A stretch of 37,712 nt of DNA from Candidatus Bathyarchaeota archaeon (GTDB taxonomy: Archaea; Thermoproteota; Bathyarchaeia; Bathyarchaeales; Bathycorpusculaceae), in contig JAUUWK010000001.1 in NCBI GenBank assembly GCA_030589055.1, forward strand, positions 1 through 37,712. Direction: 5' to 3'. Below are positions 29,067 to 37,712 of this stretch, in pieces (position 1 is the stretch's first letter; each line of letters starts with the position of its first letter). A program made the translations under genes and the position numbers. Under the pieces are notes generated by a model, which saw only the letters and a program-made list of their open reading frames with translations, had not been told where the DNA came from and made no database searches.

Positions 29067-29464
29067 AGTCGAATCATTGTTAACCAAATAACGGGCGCAT
29101 GAAACACGTCTAGAAGGCTGAATTCTACTGTATGTTTCCTTCGGCATATTTGCTATTCTTTAAAATGCAGTTAACCAATATGCATTGGGTTCCTGTATTC
29201 TCGATTTTGTTCCCGCTAACGTTGTATTCTTGAAAAGATACGGTTCAGTAAAGTGGTTGCTGGTAAAGTGAATCTATCGAAGCAGTTTCTTTCAGGATCT
29301 AGATATGTGGAATGAGCAGGTACAAGTCGTGGCACATTATGGTGGTGAATAGGCAAAGAGAAGCAGTCAAAATTAGGGGCGAAATCTAGTGCTTAACTAT
29401 AGCACACGTGTAGGGGTGGAAAGTATTAAGAGGTTGAGAGTAAGATAACGCACTCGGGTATACT

Positions 29465-30040
29465 ATGAAACTTCACGTTTCCATATTCAGGCATGGCGAA
29501 ACCTATTATAATAAGAGTAAGAGATTTACCGGGTGGATCAATTCAGGGTTGACACCTAGAGGAATCAGCCACGTCAAAGCAATAGCCGAGAAATTAAGAA
29601 AGAAGACTTTTCAAATAGCATTCAAAACAAGCCTTTCTCGTTCATCGGATACGCTGAAAATAGTTCTAAAGTATCATCCCGAATGCAAGAGAGTTGTCGT
29701 TGATGATAGAATGATAGAAAGATCTTATGGGGATCTTCAGAGGAGATTTCACAAAACTGTAATTAAACAATACGGTAAAAGGCAGTTCCACATTTGGCAC
29801 AGATCCTATGATGTCCCTCCTCCTGGAGGTGAATCAATCAGAATGGTCGAGAAAAGAGTTCTATCCTTTATAGATGATTTAATCATCCTTATGAAAAAGG
29901 AAAGAGTCAATGTTGCAGTATCTGCTCATGGAAATTCGATGAGACCGTTTAGAAGGTATTTTGAAAATCTAACCATAAAAGAAATGATGAAACTAGAAAA
30001 TCCCTACGACAAATATTTTGAATATGTTGTTGGATTCTAA
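29465..30040 (+). CDS. gpmA: Histidine phosphatase family, cofactor-dependent phosphoglycerate mutase-like
   Basis: RHGE, FTGW, ERSYGDLQ, SYDVPPPGGES, AHGNS. Confidence 0.82.
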   Translation: MKLHVSIFRHGETYYNKSKRFTGWINSGLTPRGISHVKAIAEKLRKKTFQIAFKTSLSRSSDTLKIVLKYHPECKRVVVDDRMIERSYGDLQRRFHKTVIKQYGKRQFHIWHRSYDVPPPGGESIRMVEKRVLSFIDDLIILMKKERVNVAVSAHGNSMRPFRRYFENLTIKEMMKLENPYDKYFEYVVGF

Positions 30041-30099
30041 TTTCCACTGCACGCGTTTTACGCCAAATATTAATAGTTCACGGAGTACGATAAAATGTT

Positions 30100-30627
30100 A
30101 TGGTAGAATACGAATACTTCTGCATCTATGGATTTCGTACAGTTTATCCCGTTACTTGGAAAGTAGAGCTTGATCCAAAGTCGGAACGAAGTGAAGGGAA
30201 CGTTACCATCAAATCTCCTGAAAAAGCGAATATTGTTGTAAGTTGGGGACTACTTGAAAAGGCAAAGAAAAGGTATTCCTTCCTGAAAGAACATGCTAAG
30301 GACTCTATTAACAGAATAAAAAAGGAGTCAAAGATTAAAAAAGTTGAGTTAGTTCAGACTAAGGATATTCAAGTAAACTCACACAAAGCTATATTCTCTC
30401 ACATTAGAATAATCTTCTCCATGCCCAAACTATTGCCTTTTGGAAAGGCAAAAACATACGAGCAGGAAGTCTATAGTTTGCACTTCTATTGCGAACCTTC
30501 TAAGCGATACTTCGTGGTATATGGCGTAACAACATCTGATAAATCTGTACAACAAGGGCGCATCTTCAAGAATATTATACAATCTTTCATTTGCCATAAG
30601 GCGAAGGCGAGTCCTACTAATAAATAA
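30100..30627 (+). CDS. Hypothetical protein
   Basis: 175-aa ORF with ordinary composition; no motif recognised with confidence. Confidence 0.7.
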   Translation: MVEYEYFCIYGFRTVYPVTWKVELDPKSERSEGNVTIKSPEKANIVVSWGLLEKAKKRYSFLKEHAKDSINRIKKESKIKKVELVQTKDIQVNSHKAIFSHIRIIFSMPKLLPFGKAKTYEQEVYSLHFYCEPSKRYFVVYGVTTSDKSVQQGRIFKNIIQSFICHKAKASPTNK

Positions 30628-30727
30628 CGACATGTTGCGTTCGCACACTTGTTTGTCTCACAGTCTTCTGGATAAGTGTAGATATTGATTTTCATTTTTT
30701 ATTTCTAATGCATAAGGTTTTTCTGAG

Positions 30728-30746
30728 ATGTTGGAAGCGCGCGCGC
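30728..30746 (+). repeat. ATGTTGGAAGCGCGCGCGC tract at gene-fragment boundary
   Basis: 18/19 identical to 21699-21717. Confidence 0.9.
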
Positions 30747-30747
30747 C

Positions 30748-31014
30748 ATAACAAACATGACTCGAGTATACTACCTCTTCTTAATATCCTATCCAAACTA
30801 CAGCGGCTACAGAATAGAACATGACCCATTGTACACTGTCTACTTTGCCCCAACCACTGAAGCTGGACCTAACCTCGGCGACCTTGTATTGATCGCGGCA
30901 ATAGCAAGCATAATAATCGTAGCGGCGGTTGTCATTCTACGGAGAAAAAACACAAAGAAAACATCTCAAACACTAACAAATCAATCCTTACCGCCACCAC
31001 CCTCAACAACCTAG
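30748..31014 (+). pseudogene. Probable 3' remnant of a membrane-anchored surface protein
   Basis: YPNYSGYRIEHDP, TM helix, RRK, Pro-rich tail and T-run terminator; no signal peptide; begins at the GC tract. Confidence 0.65.
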
Positions 31015-31205
31015 CATCCATTTTTTGCCAAGCATCGACAAGCCTGTACGCACTTCGATGGTTCCTTGGCACTTGTCTATTACCTAGGTTTAAACTTTAG
31101 ATGTTGTTTTGGCATAATCGAGCTTTTGTGGAACGCAATGTTTCCTCTATAATTGGTTTTTTGCCTTGGATGGTAACTGTAAGGTTCGGCTTGGTAACTG
31201 GAAAA

Positions 31206-31889
31206 TTATAGAATTAGCGGGTATATCTCCTTTGTCACGTATTCCAGATACTTTTCTTTGTCTGTCAAATCGAATATTGTTACTGAGGTGTCTCTTGTAA
31301 CACCGACTACGTAGCCGTATTCCTTGGATCTCGCAACAACATACCACAAGTCACCGTGCTTACAATAGTCCTCGAAAACTGAAGTGTTTATCAAGTCTGG
31401 TCCATAAAGCGAAAGCTTATTCACATTGGGAATATCGACATTGTCGAAAAACGTGATTTTCGTATCCTGTCGATTCTTCAAGTGGAATTCCATTAAAGTT
31501 TCAGGTGAGATTCTAGCTTCCAGTATGTCGCCCACTTTTTCGAAGAGAATTTTGCTCAGTTTGTTTGCCATGAAATTAGCTAAACGTTTCTTCTCTACTA
31601 TAGTCAAAAACGTTGCACCATCATGTTCAGCGAAGCTGAAGAGAGCTTCAACAGTTCGTGGCAATGGCATAACTTTGCCTCTGTGAAAAACGTTAATTAT
31701 GTGATCATGAGAATAGACTCCCCTAAGCATGTTGTCCTTTGCTAGAAGACCCACAACCTCCGTTACAAGAGTATACTTGTAATCACCTTCCTCATAAGGC
31801 TCTTCAACGAGATGTCCTTCAAGCCTCGACCCAGTTTCAGCCAGCGAAAGCGATTCAACAAGCCTAAAGACCTTTCCAGCAACAACCAT
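31206..31889 (-). CDS. Hypothetical protein
   Basis: 227-aa ORF with AGGTG RBS upstream. Confidence 0.8.
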   Translation of the reverse strand: MVVAGKVFRLVESLSLAETGSRLEGHLVEEPYEEGDYKYTLVTEVVGLLAKDNMLRGVYSHDHIINVFHRGKVMPLPRTVEALFSFAEHDGATFLTIVEKKRLANFMANKLSKILFEKVGDILEARISPETLMEFHLKNRQDTKITFFDNVDIPNVNKLSLYGPDLINTSVFEDYCKHGDLWYVVARSKEYGYVVGVTRDTSVTIFDLTDKEKYLEYVTKEIYPLIL

Positions 31890-31922
31890 AAGCTCAACAC
31901 CTAGCCTTTTAGTATGCAGTAT

Positions 31923-32336
31923 TCACTTAAGAAATTTAAGTTTCATTTTCTTCTCAGCCGTTTTCCCGTTCATCCCCTCTGTGTCTCTGTTCATTTTCAA
32001 CCATAGAGAATCATCTTTCCACAATGTAAACTCGTCTTTTCTAGCTCTTTCATGAGCTTCATCTCTTTCAAATCCTTTAGCTCGGTAATATGGTTCTTTG
32101 AGTTCATGGAAAATTACGTACTTCGTGTAGGGCTTCCACTTTTCACAAATCCAAATTTCCCTAAGAGGAATGCACAGTTCACTTGCGGCGTTAGTCGTAA
32201 TCAACTCGTTTTCGCATACGATGTTGTAAGTTGCATTGTAATCGTCTGAAACTCCGTGCGGAGCATAAATAATTTTGCAGAGATATTCACTCGGCAACTT
32301 TTCTGTTTCTTCATGTAGATTCTCTACAGATTTCAT
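31923..32336 (-). CDS. Hypothetical protein with HExxE...H putative metal-binding motif
   Basis: REIWI...VIFHELKE...AHERA; AGGAG RBS before ATG 32336. Confidence 0.65.
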   Translation of the reverse strand: MKSVENLHEETEKLPSEYLCKIIYAPHGVSDDYNATYNIVCENELITTNAASELCIPLREIWICEKWKPYTKYVIFHELKEPYYRAKGFERDEAHERARKDEFTLWKDDSLWLKMNRDTEGMNGKTAEKKMKLKFLK

Positions 32337-32454
32337 GCAACTCCTATCCTTAAATGGAAATGTGCAGCAACGCTTTTTAAACATGAACTCAGCCTAATTG
32401 TTTTAATAAGAGACTTTTGACTCTATTACTACGCTAAAAGAGGTTGCTTCTCCA

Positions 32455-34419
32455 ATGCTGATTCAAGAGGTAATCCTGGAAAACTTTATGAGTTACGAAT
32501 ATGCTAGGGTACCCTTCAAATCAGGCGTAAACGTTATCTGTGGACCCAACGGTTCGGGGAAATCTTCACTTTTATTAGCTATTTCTGTGGCATTGGGGCA
32601 GTCTTACACTGAGCGATCTAGAAAGTTGAGCGATCTGATACGGTGGGGAAGAGATCAAGCCCGTGTGACGCTGGTTCTAGACAACACTAAGATTGGTAAA
32701 CGTAGACCTGTTCCCAAATTTAAGAAAGACCAAATTTTCCTTACACGTGCTCTGCGGAAGGATGGCAAATACTGGTTTGCGCTTGAAAACAGGGCAGCCA
32801 CAAAAGCTGAAGTTGAAAGGCTTCTAGCTAGGCTCGGCGTCGACCCTGATAACATGCTTATTATTATGCATCAGAACATGGTTGAACAGTTTACCGTGCT
32901 TTCTCCACAGGAAAAGTTGCGAATGGTTGAGGCTGCCGTTGGGCTTGAATCCTATCGCCAAAACGTGCTGAAGGCACGGAAGAAGCTGACACGCATATCA
33001 AGTCAAGAGAGTTCAATAAGTGAGCTTCTGGAATCAGCCGAACAGACGCTTAACTACTGGAGGGAACAGTATGACCGGTACCAAGAGAAAAAGCAACTAC
33101 TGACTAAACGGAGATTCTTGGAAAGGGAACTCGCTTGGGCAGGAGCGACAAGAAGAGAAAACATAGTTAAAGAATTAGAAGCAAACACGAAAAAACAACA
33201 GAATGTTCTAAATCAGATTGAAGACGAAACCAAAGAGATAGTAGGTCAACTTCAAATTCAGCAAAACCAGCTCGAAAAGATAAAGGATGAATGGAAAAAG
33301 CTTTTTGACGACCGTCTAAGCCTTGAACGTGAAAAAGCCAAAGGCGATTCGACAATCTCCCTGTGCGAACAGCTGCTGAAAGAAACGGCAATACTAGAGA
33401 ATGCTATTCGAAGCGGAAATCCTTCTCCCTTAGTAAGTCAAAGCTTTGAGAAAACTGTTTCAAATCGTTTTAAGCTCCTACGAAGTGAAAACCTGAAGGA
33501 GATAATACAGAACTTTGATCAGCAACTTTCAAAACTGAACACCAAAATAACGGAAAACAAAAAGGGAATGGAAAGCCTAGAAGAGAACGTTGAAAAGGTT
33601 AGCACTCACGCTTTGGACAGCAGAATTAAGTTAGCGTTGCTTCAGTACCGTGAAGAAAACGTAGAAGCTGAACTTGAAAGATTGAAAAGGGAACTGAGAG
33701 AGGCAAAAACCTACTTGGATGAAGCACTAAGAAAAGCGGAGCAGATAGGACTCCGAATCGCCGTGATAAAAAGTGTTAGTGAGATTCTTGACGAGATTAG
33801 AGTTACAGACGGGCATTTAGCTGCCCTTTCTGATGTTTCCGAAGATATAGAACGAATGTATGAATCTTATTCGAAGCTTTACTTAGAGCTGAAGGAGAAG
33901 GCAAGACTTGTTGCTGAAAACCGTGAAAAGACACTGGAAGAAATCAAAGCGAGAATGCAGGCTTGGCGAACAGTGATCCAAAGCCTCCTAGACCGCGTGA
34001 ACCTACAATATCAAAAGATTCTCACGCAAGCCCAAGCCCTTGGAGAGGTCAGACTTGTCAATGGACAAGATATAGAGGCTGCTGGACTTGGAATTCTCGT
34101 AGGTTTCAAGGGCAGCAAACCAGTTCCACTTAATGGTTACACGCAAAGCGGTGGAGAAAGAACAACAGCAACCATAAGCTTTCTGCTGGCTTTGCAGCAA
34201 CATGTTCGTTCACCTTTCCGCGCTGTTGACGAATACGATATCCACATGGACCCGAAAAACCGTGAAATAATCGCAAAGATGCTCGTTTCAACAGTTAAAG
34301 ACGCAAACGCTCAATACATTGTTCTTACGCCCAGCCAGATAACATTCACAAAAGAAGAAGTAAACATAATCACAGTGCAAAACATCGAAGGAAAATCAAT
34401 AATCAGAGGGATTGCCTAA
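32455..34419 (+). CDS. Short SMC5/6-like SMC ATPase (archaeal ClsN/Sph/ASRP-related)
   Basis: LENFMSY, Walker A GPNGSGKS, Q-loop MHQN, coiled coil, signature QSGGERT, PFRAVDEYDIHMDP, LTP. Confidence 0.9.
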   Translation: MLIQEVILENFMSYEYARVPFKSGVNVICGPNGSGKSSLLLAISVALGQSYTERSRKLSDLIRWGRDQARVTLVLDNTKIGKRRPVPKFKKDQIFLTRALRKDGKYWFALENRAATKAEVERLLARLGVDPDNMLIIMHQNMVEQFTVLSPQEKLRMVEAAVGLESYRQNVLKARKKLTRISSQESSISELLESAEQTLNYWREQYDRYQEKKQLLTKRRFLERELAWAGATRRENIVKELEANTKKQQNVLNQIEDETKEIVGQLQIQQNQLEKIKDEWKKLFDDRLSLEREKAKGDSTISLCEQLLKETAILENAIRSGNPSPLVSQSFEKTVSNRFKLLRSENLKEIIQNFDQQLSKLNTKITENKKGMESLEENVEKVSTHALDSRIKLALLQYREENVEAELERLKRELREAKTYLDEALRKAEQIGLRIAVIKSVSEILDEIRVTDGHLAALSDVSEDIERMYESYSKLYLELKEKARLVAENREKTLEEIKARMQAWRTVIQSLLDRVNLQYQKILTQAQALGEVRLVNGQDIEAAGLGILVGFKGSKPVPLNGYTQSGGERTTATISFLLALQQHVRSPFRAVDEYDIHMDPKNREIIAKMLVSTVKDANAQYIVLTPSQITFTKEEVNIITVQNIEGKSIIRGIA

Positions 34420-35246
34420 TGCAGTCTAAAAGAACTCGGATAAAACTTGGCAGGCAAAAACTTGAAAGAATAATCGAGACGTGCAAATCTGTAGAGGAAC
34501 GTTCCCTCGACCCATTCCTGTTAGATGTTGACGAAGTCATAAGTGTAATCAAAGAGTATTTTCCAGAATGGGAACTGCCAGAAGACTTGTGCTTAGATGC
34601 TGAAACTATCCATCACATAGCTTCTGTCATAAAGCTTCAAAGCGAGTGGGTTAAACATCGTTCCACATCACTTTATACAGATCCATTTCTTTTTGAGGAG
34701 AAACTTACGCGAATAAGCAAAGAAGAGATTGTTGAGATTTTCCTGAAGGCTTGGCATCCAACGGTTGAATTAGAACAGATTTCGCTTCACAGTTTAGCGG
34801 AGGCAATCAAGTATTGGAAAAGCTTGTTGCCGTTAAATGCAAGGTGGAAAGAATTTTTCCCTGAGAAAATTGAAGCCGGTCTTGCAACAAGAGAAGAGCT
34901 GATAAAGCAGAGAGTCTTAGGAGAGAAAGCGTTCTCAGAGGAACTTGAGGACTCTTGGCTGAAATTAAAGAGGAAGGTTGAAGAGAGGGGTGAAGACGGC
35001 AAAATTCGATACTGGGATTTCATTGGTGCAGAAACTTATGAGGAAACCGTGCATAAAGCCTTCATGATAAGTTTCTTGGTCACATATGGCTATGCAACTT
35101 TGGAAATTTATCCATTGGAGGAGGAGATTTTCATTAAACCATACGAAGAGCTATTGACCAAAATCGGAGAAAAACAGTTGGTTTCAATACCTATAGCTAT
35201 CACAGCAGAAGACTGGATGAAATGGAAACGAGGCGAGCTACAGTGA
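34419..35246 (+). CDS. Kleisin (ScpA/Nse4)-like subunit
   Basis: N-terminal LDPFLLDV resembles ScpA DPWDID; C-terminal winged-helix pattern FMISFLVTYGYATLE...EIFI; coupled to SMC via TAATG. Confidence 0.6.
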   Translation: MQSKRTRIKLGRQKLERIIETCKSVEERSLDPFLLDVDEVISVIKEYFPEWELPEDLCLDAETIHHIASVIKLQSEWVKHRSTSLYTDPFLFEEKLTRISKEEIVEIFLKAWHPTVELEQISLHSLAEAIKYWKSLLPLNARWKEFFPEKIEAGLATREELIKQRVLGEKAFSEELEDSWLKLKRKVEERGEDGKIRYWDFIGAETYEETVHKAFMISFLVTYGYATLEIYPLEEEIFIKPYEELLTKIGEKQLVSIPIAITAEDWMKWKRGELQ

Positions 35247-35803
35247 GCAGAAGGAAAGCCTACTACACGAACAAAATTAAGAGGGCGGTTCATCTGCTCT
35301 TCTACCGAAGACACAGAAAGCCCGGAGTAAAGGGATGGGAGCTCCGGAAAGCCTTAGGCTCAGATTACCCAAAAGTCCTGAAAATTCTAGACAAACATCT
35401 AAAACCCCTCGATTTACAGGTGAAAACAGTTTTTGAGGGAGAGAAACCAGTTGGAAAACCAACTTTAGACCAGTTGAACAAGGCCAGGTTCTGCATAACA
35501 TTAAGAGGGGAATTAACACCCAAAGAAGCCAAGATGATAGGGTGGCGAATAGACGACCTCGCAGGACTAGCAATAACAATCGCCTACATAATATCCAGAA
35601 AAGGAAGAGCACCGCGAAAAGAAGTTGAAGAGCTGTTGCGCGACAAACTGCCCGAATGGAAGGTTGGAATGAACGTCGATCGGTACATTCGTTACGGATA
35701 TTTAACACAGGATGAAAATGAACAAGTATACTTGGATTGGAGAACCAATACTGAGGTTGATCAGAAAGCCCTCGTAGACCTTGTTTTGAGCGCTGAAACC
35801 TAA
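35243..35803 (+). CDS. Kite (ScpB/Nse1/Nse3)-like tandem winged-helix protein
   Basis: Two wHTH-like halves, 186 aa from the GTG overlapping the upstream stop (GTGA); third gene of the SMC operon. Confidence 0.55.
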   Translation: MSRRKAYYTNKIKRAVHLLFYRRHRKPGVKGWELRKALGSDYPKVLKILDKHLKPLDLQVKTVFEGEKPVGKPTLDQLNKARFCITLRGELTPKEAKMIGWRIDDLAGLAITIAYIISRKGRAPRKEVEELLRDKLPEWKVGMNVDRYIRYGYLTQDENEQVYLDWRTNTEVDQKALVDLVLSAET

Positions 35804-35809
35804 CGCAGT

Positions 35810-35983
35810 CTATCTTTTTATTTTATGATAGATTAATGCGATGATGTCGACAGTAATTATTGCTACGAGAACGATCAGCGGGTTGCTTAGAAACTTGTCA
35901 ACAAGAGGTTCTTCTTCCGCACTGACAGAATTGATTAACGCAAATAAAAGAAATAGAATATGCAAAATTTCGAGTTTCTTCAT
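35810..35983 (-). CDS. 57-aa membrane microprotein (signal peptide + one TM helix; not in ORF track)
   Basis: MKKLEILHILFLLFALINSVSAEEEPLVDKFLSNPLIVLVAIITVDIIALIYHKIKR*, 20 nt after the nusA stop. Confidence 0.65.
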   Translation of the reverse strand: MKKLEILHILFLLFALINSVSAEEEPLVDKFLSNPLIVLVAIITVDIIALIYHKIKR

Positions 35984-36003
35984 GTTCTTGGTCTCTTGAA
36001 GGT

Positions 36004-36441
36004 TTACGTTATGCTTACCTTTTCTATTTGGAAATATCTTTTAGCTAAAAAGCGGAGGCGTTCAGCGTTCCTTCCGTTTTTTCCTATGGCGACGCCTTTA
36101 TCTTTTGGATTGACTGCTACGACAGCTATTGTTTTTCCGTTAGGTGTTTCTGTTATGCGGACCTCCTTAACCATTGCTGGTTTGAGAGCATTTTTGATGA
36201 ATTGCACAGGTTCTTCTGAATATTCGATTATTTCGTGTTTTTTTCCTGTCATCCTTTCTAACGTGTGGATGTTTCTTCCGCTCCTTCCAATGGCCATTCC
36301 TATCTGTCCTTCGCTGACAACAAAGATTACACGGTTCTGTTCCTCATTGACTATGCAGTCTTTAACGCTTGCACCCGTTATACTTTCGAATAATGATATA
36401 TACCGCATTTCTTTGCTTGTGATTTTTATTCCGCTTGTCAT
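36004..36441 (-). CDS. nusA: Archaeal NusA (KH domains)
   Basis: FESITGA.VKDC, GMAIGRSG, AIGKNGRN; conserved position after rpl30e. Confidence 0.96.
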   Translation of the reverse strand: MTSGIKITSKEMRYISLFESITGASVKDCIVNEEQNRVIFVVSEGQIGMAIGRSGRNIHTLERMTGKKHEIIEYSEEPVQFIKNALKPAMVKEVRITETPNGKTIAVVAVNPKDKGVAIGKNGRNAERLRFLAKRYFQIEKVSIT

Positions 36442-36773
36442 TCAGTTCCTCCGTAGGACTCCTCTGGTTCCGTCTTTTCTATTAACCTAAAGATTTCTGA
36501 ATCCCCGGGCTCTTTTATACTTAACGCTGAAATGACAAAGGGTTTACCGCATACAGCGGCTAAGTCTATGGATGAGCTCTTGTATATAATTAGTGGAACA
36601 TCTGAAAGCTTACAATAATACTCTATGTCTTCATGTGTGCCTTTCGGGCAGTTCGCAGCCAAAATTATCAGTTTGGTTTTTCCATTTTTTGCGTTCTGTA
36701 TGGTGGAGTTCGCGCCAAAAAAAACTTTCCCTGTTTTGACAACAGTTGTAATCGCTTTTTCTACGTCTATCAC
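36438..36773 (-). CDS. rpl30e: 50S ribosomal protein L30e
   Basis: VKTGKV.FG, IILAANCP, VCGKPF, PGDSEI. Confidence 0.96.
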   Translation of the reverse strand: MIDVEKAITTVVKTGKVFFGANSTIQNAKNGKTKLIILAANCPKGTHEDIEYYCKLSDVPLIIYKSSSIDLAAVCGKPFVISALSIKEPGDSEIFRLIEKTEPEESYGGTE

Positions 36774-37712
36774 TTGCCCTGCCTCTTCAACTTGGATGTC
36801 GACATGTATAGTTCAACTAGTCCTGTACCAATTGGTATGGATTGCCCTATTATTACGTTTTCGGTTACACCATCCAATGGGTCGCTTTCACCCCTCACGG
36901 AAGCATCAACAATATTTGGGACTGTTATTTCGAATGCGGCTCTGGCTAAAACACTTGATTTCTTACCGCTTATTCCATGTCTACCTATCTGTTGCACGTC
37001 ACCCGTGGATGTCATCGTATCCGCAACAAGCATTACATGACGGACGTCAACGTCTAAACCTTGTTCCTCCAAAACGCTTTTAGCCTCATATATTAAAGCG
37101 TTCCTAGCGGCTTCTATTCCCAACATCTTAGCTATTTCATGAACGTTATTTGTTGTCGTTCGTGAAGCCTCTACTTCGGAAATTTCTAACACTTTAGGGA
37201 GGTTTGACCCGTCTGTTCTTATGACCCATTCTCCACGTTCTTCTGTGACCAACACACGCTTTGTTTTGGGTACACCTTTGATGTGGAAAGAGGAAACCTT
37301 GGGAAGTAATTTTTTGAGGTTTTCAGCCTTTTCAGGTTTTATGTACACGCGGTTACTTCTTGTTCTTACAGTGCAGTTTGGTATCTCTAACAGATTCTTC
37401 AATTCTTCAAGTGTTATTCTTCTATCCTCCATCATTCTTTTGCTAAGTTCCACTGTTATTTCTTCTTTTATGGGATCTTCATAAATTGCTTGTGCCAAGT
37501 CTTCTATCGTCGTATGGATTATTTTGCGGGCAATCTCTGTTGCGGCTTCCTTGTTTTTTCTGTATTTTTTGGTCAAGTATATTGTCATTATAGGAGTGGA
37601 TGGAACTCGTCTCGCATCAACAATTTCTATGAGTCTTGGCAGTCCTAGGGTTACGTTCTGCTCTCGAACTCCTGCATAATGGAACGTTCTGAGAGTCATC
37701 TGTGTGCCTGGT
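36770..37712 (-). CDS. rpo1C: RNA polymerase subunit A'' (Rpo1C) or C-terminal part of a fused Rpo1; 5' end outside window
   Basis: PGTQMTLRTFHYAG, NVTLGLPRL, LGIEAAR, ARAAFE, GVTENVIIGQ..GTG. Confidence 0.95.
   Translation of the reverse strand, partial: PGTQMTLRTFHYAGVREQNVTLGLPRLIEIVDARRVPSTPIMTIYLTKKYRKNKEAATEIARKIIHTTIEDLAQAIYEDPIKEEITVELSKRMMEDRRITLEELKNLLEIPNCTVRTRSNRVYIKPEKAENLKKLLPKVSSFHIKGVPKTKRVLVTEERGEWVIRTDGSNLPKVLEISEVEASRTTTNNVHEIAKMLGIEAARNALIYEAKSVLEEQGLDVDVRHVMLVADTMTSTGDVQQIGRHGISGKKSSVLARAAFEITVPNIVDASVRGESDPLDGVTENVIIGQSIPIGTGLVELYMSTSKLKRQGK

Noticed and set aside
327..37484. Many antisense and alternate-frame ORFs in the track (e.g. 7605-8066, 12090-12581, 24653-25105, 35960-36490)
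   Set aside because: They lie over well-supported genes and lack motifs; shadow ORFs.
1..37712. CRISPR array, rRNA, tRNA, transposase or integrase
   Set aside because: No regularly spaced repeats, RNA gene signatures or recombinase motifs seen by eye.

Overview
Archaeal chromosomal segment of roughly 40% GC by eye. Gene content (rpoA''-rpl30e-nusA, extended Rpo5, thiolase/DUF35 sets, SMC5/6-like operon, frequent TTG/GTG starts) suggests TACK archaea, most likely Bathyarchaeia (inference). Contents: a partial histidine kinase with a response regulator, GNAT, ChrB-domain and MFS genes, an nrdR-nrdD-nrdG operon with tandem NrdR-box-like operators, a vapBC pair, tldD/tldE, a Rpo5 with a eukaryotic RPB5-like N-terminal domain, three thiolase-fold and three DUF35 genes, a B12 acyl-CoA mutase cluster with isobutyryl-CoA-mutase-type residues plus meaB and cobA, SIS, CBS and phosphoglycerate mutase genes, an SMC-kleisin-kite-like operon and the end of the RNA polymerase operon. 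The most unusual signal is a set of short alternating (GC)n tracts (2802, 10449, 14662, 16338, 21708, 26207, 27814, 30737). Several sit exactly at the breakpoints of truncated genes and some share flanking bases, suggesting an undescribed deletion/end-joining scar or element footprint. No CRISPR array, tRNA, rRNA or transposase was recognised.
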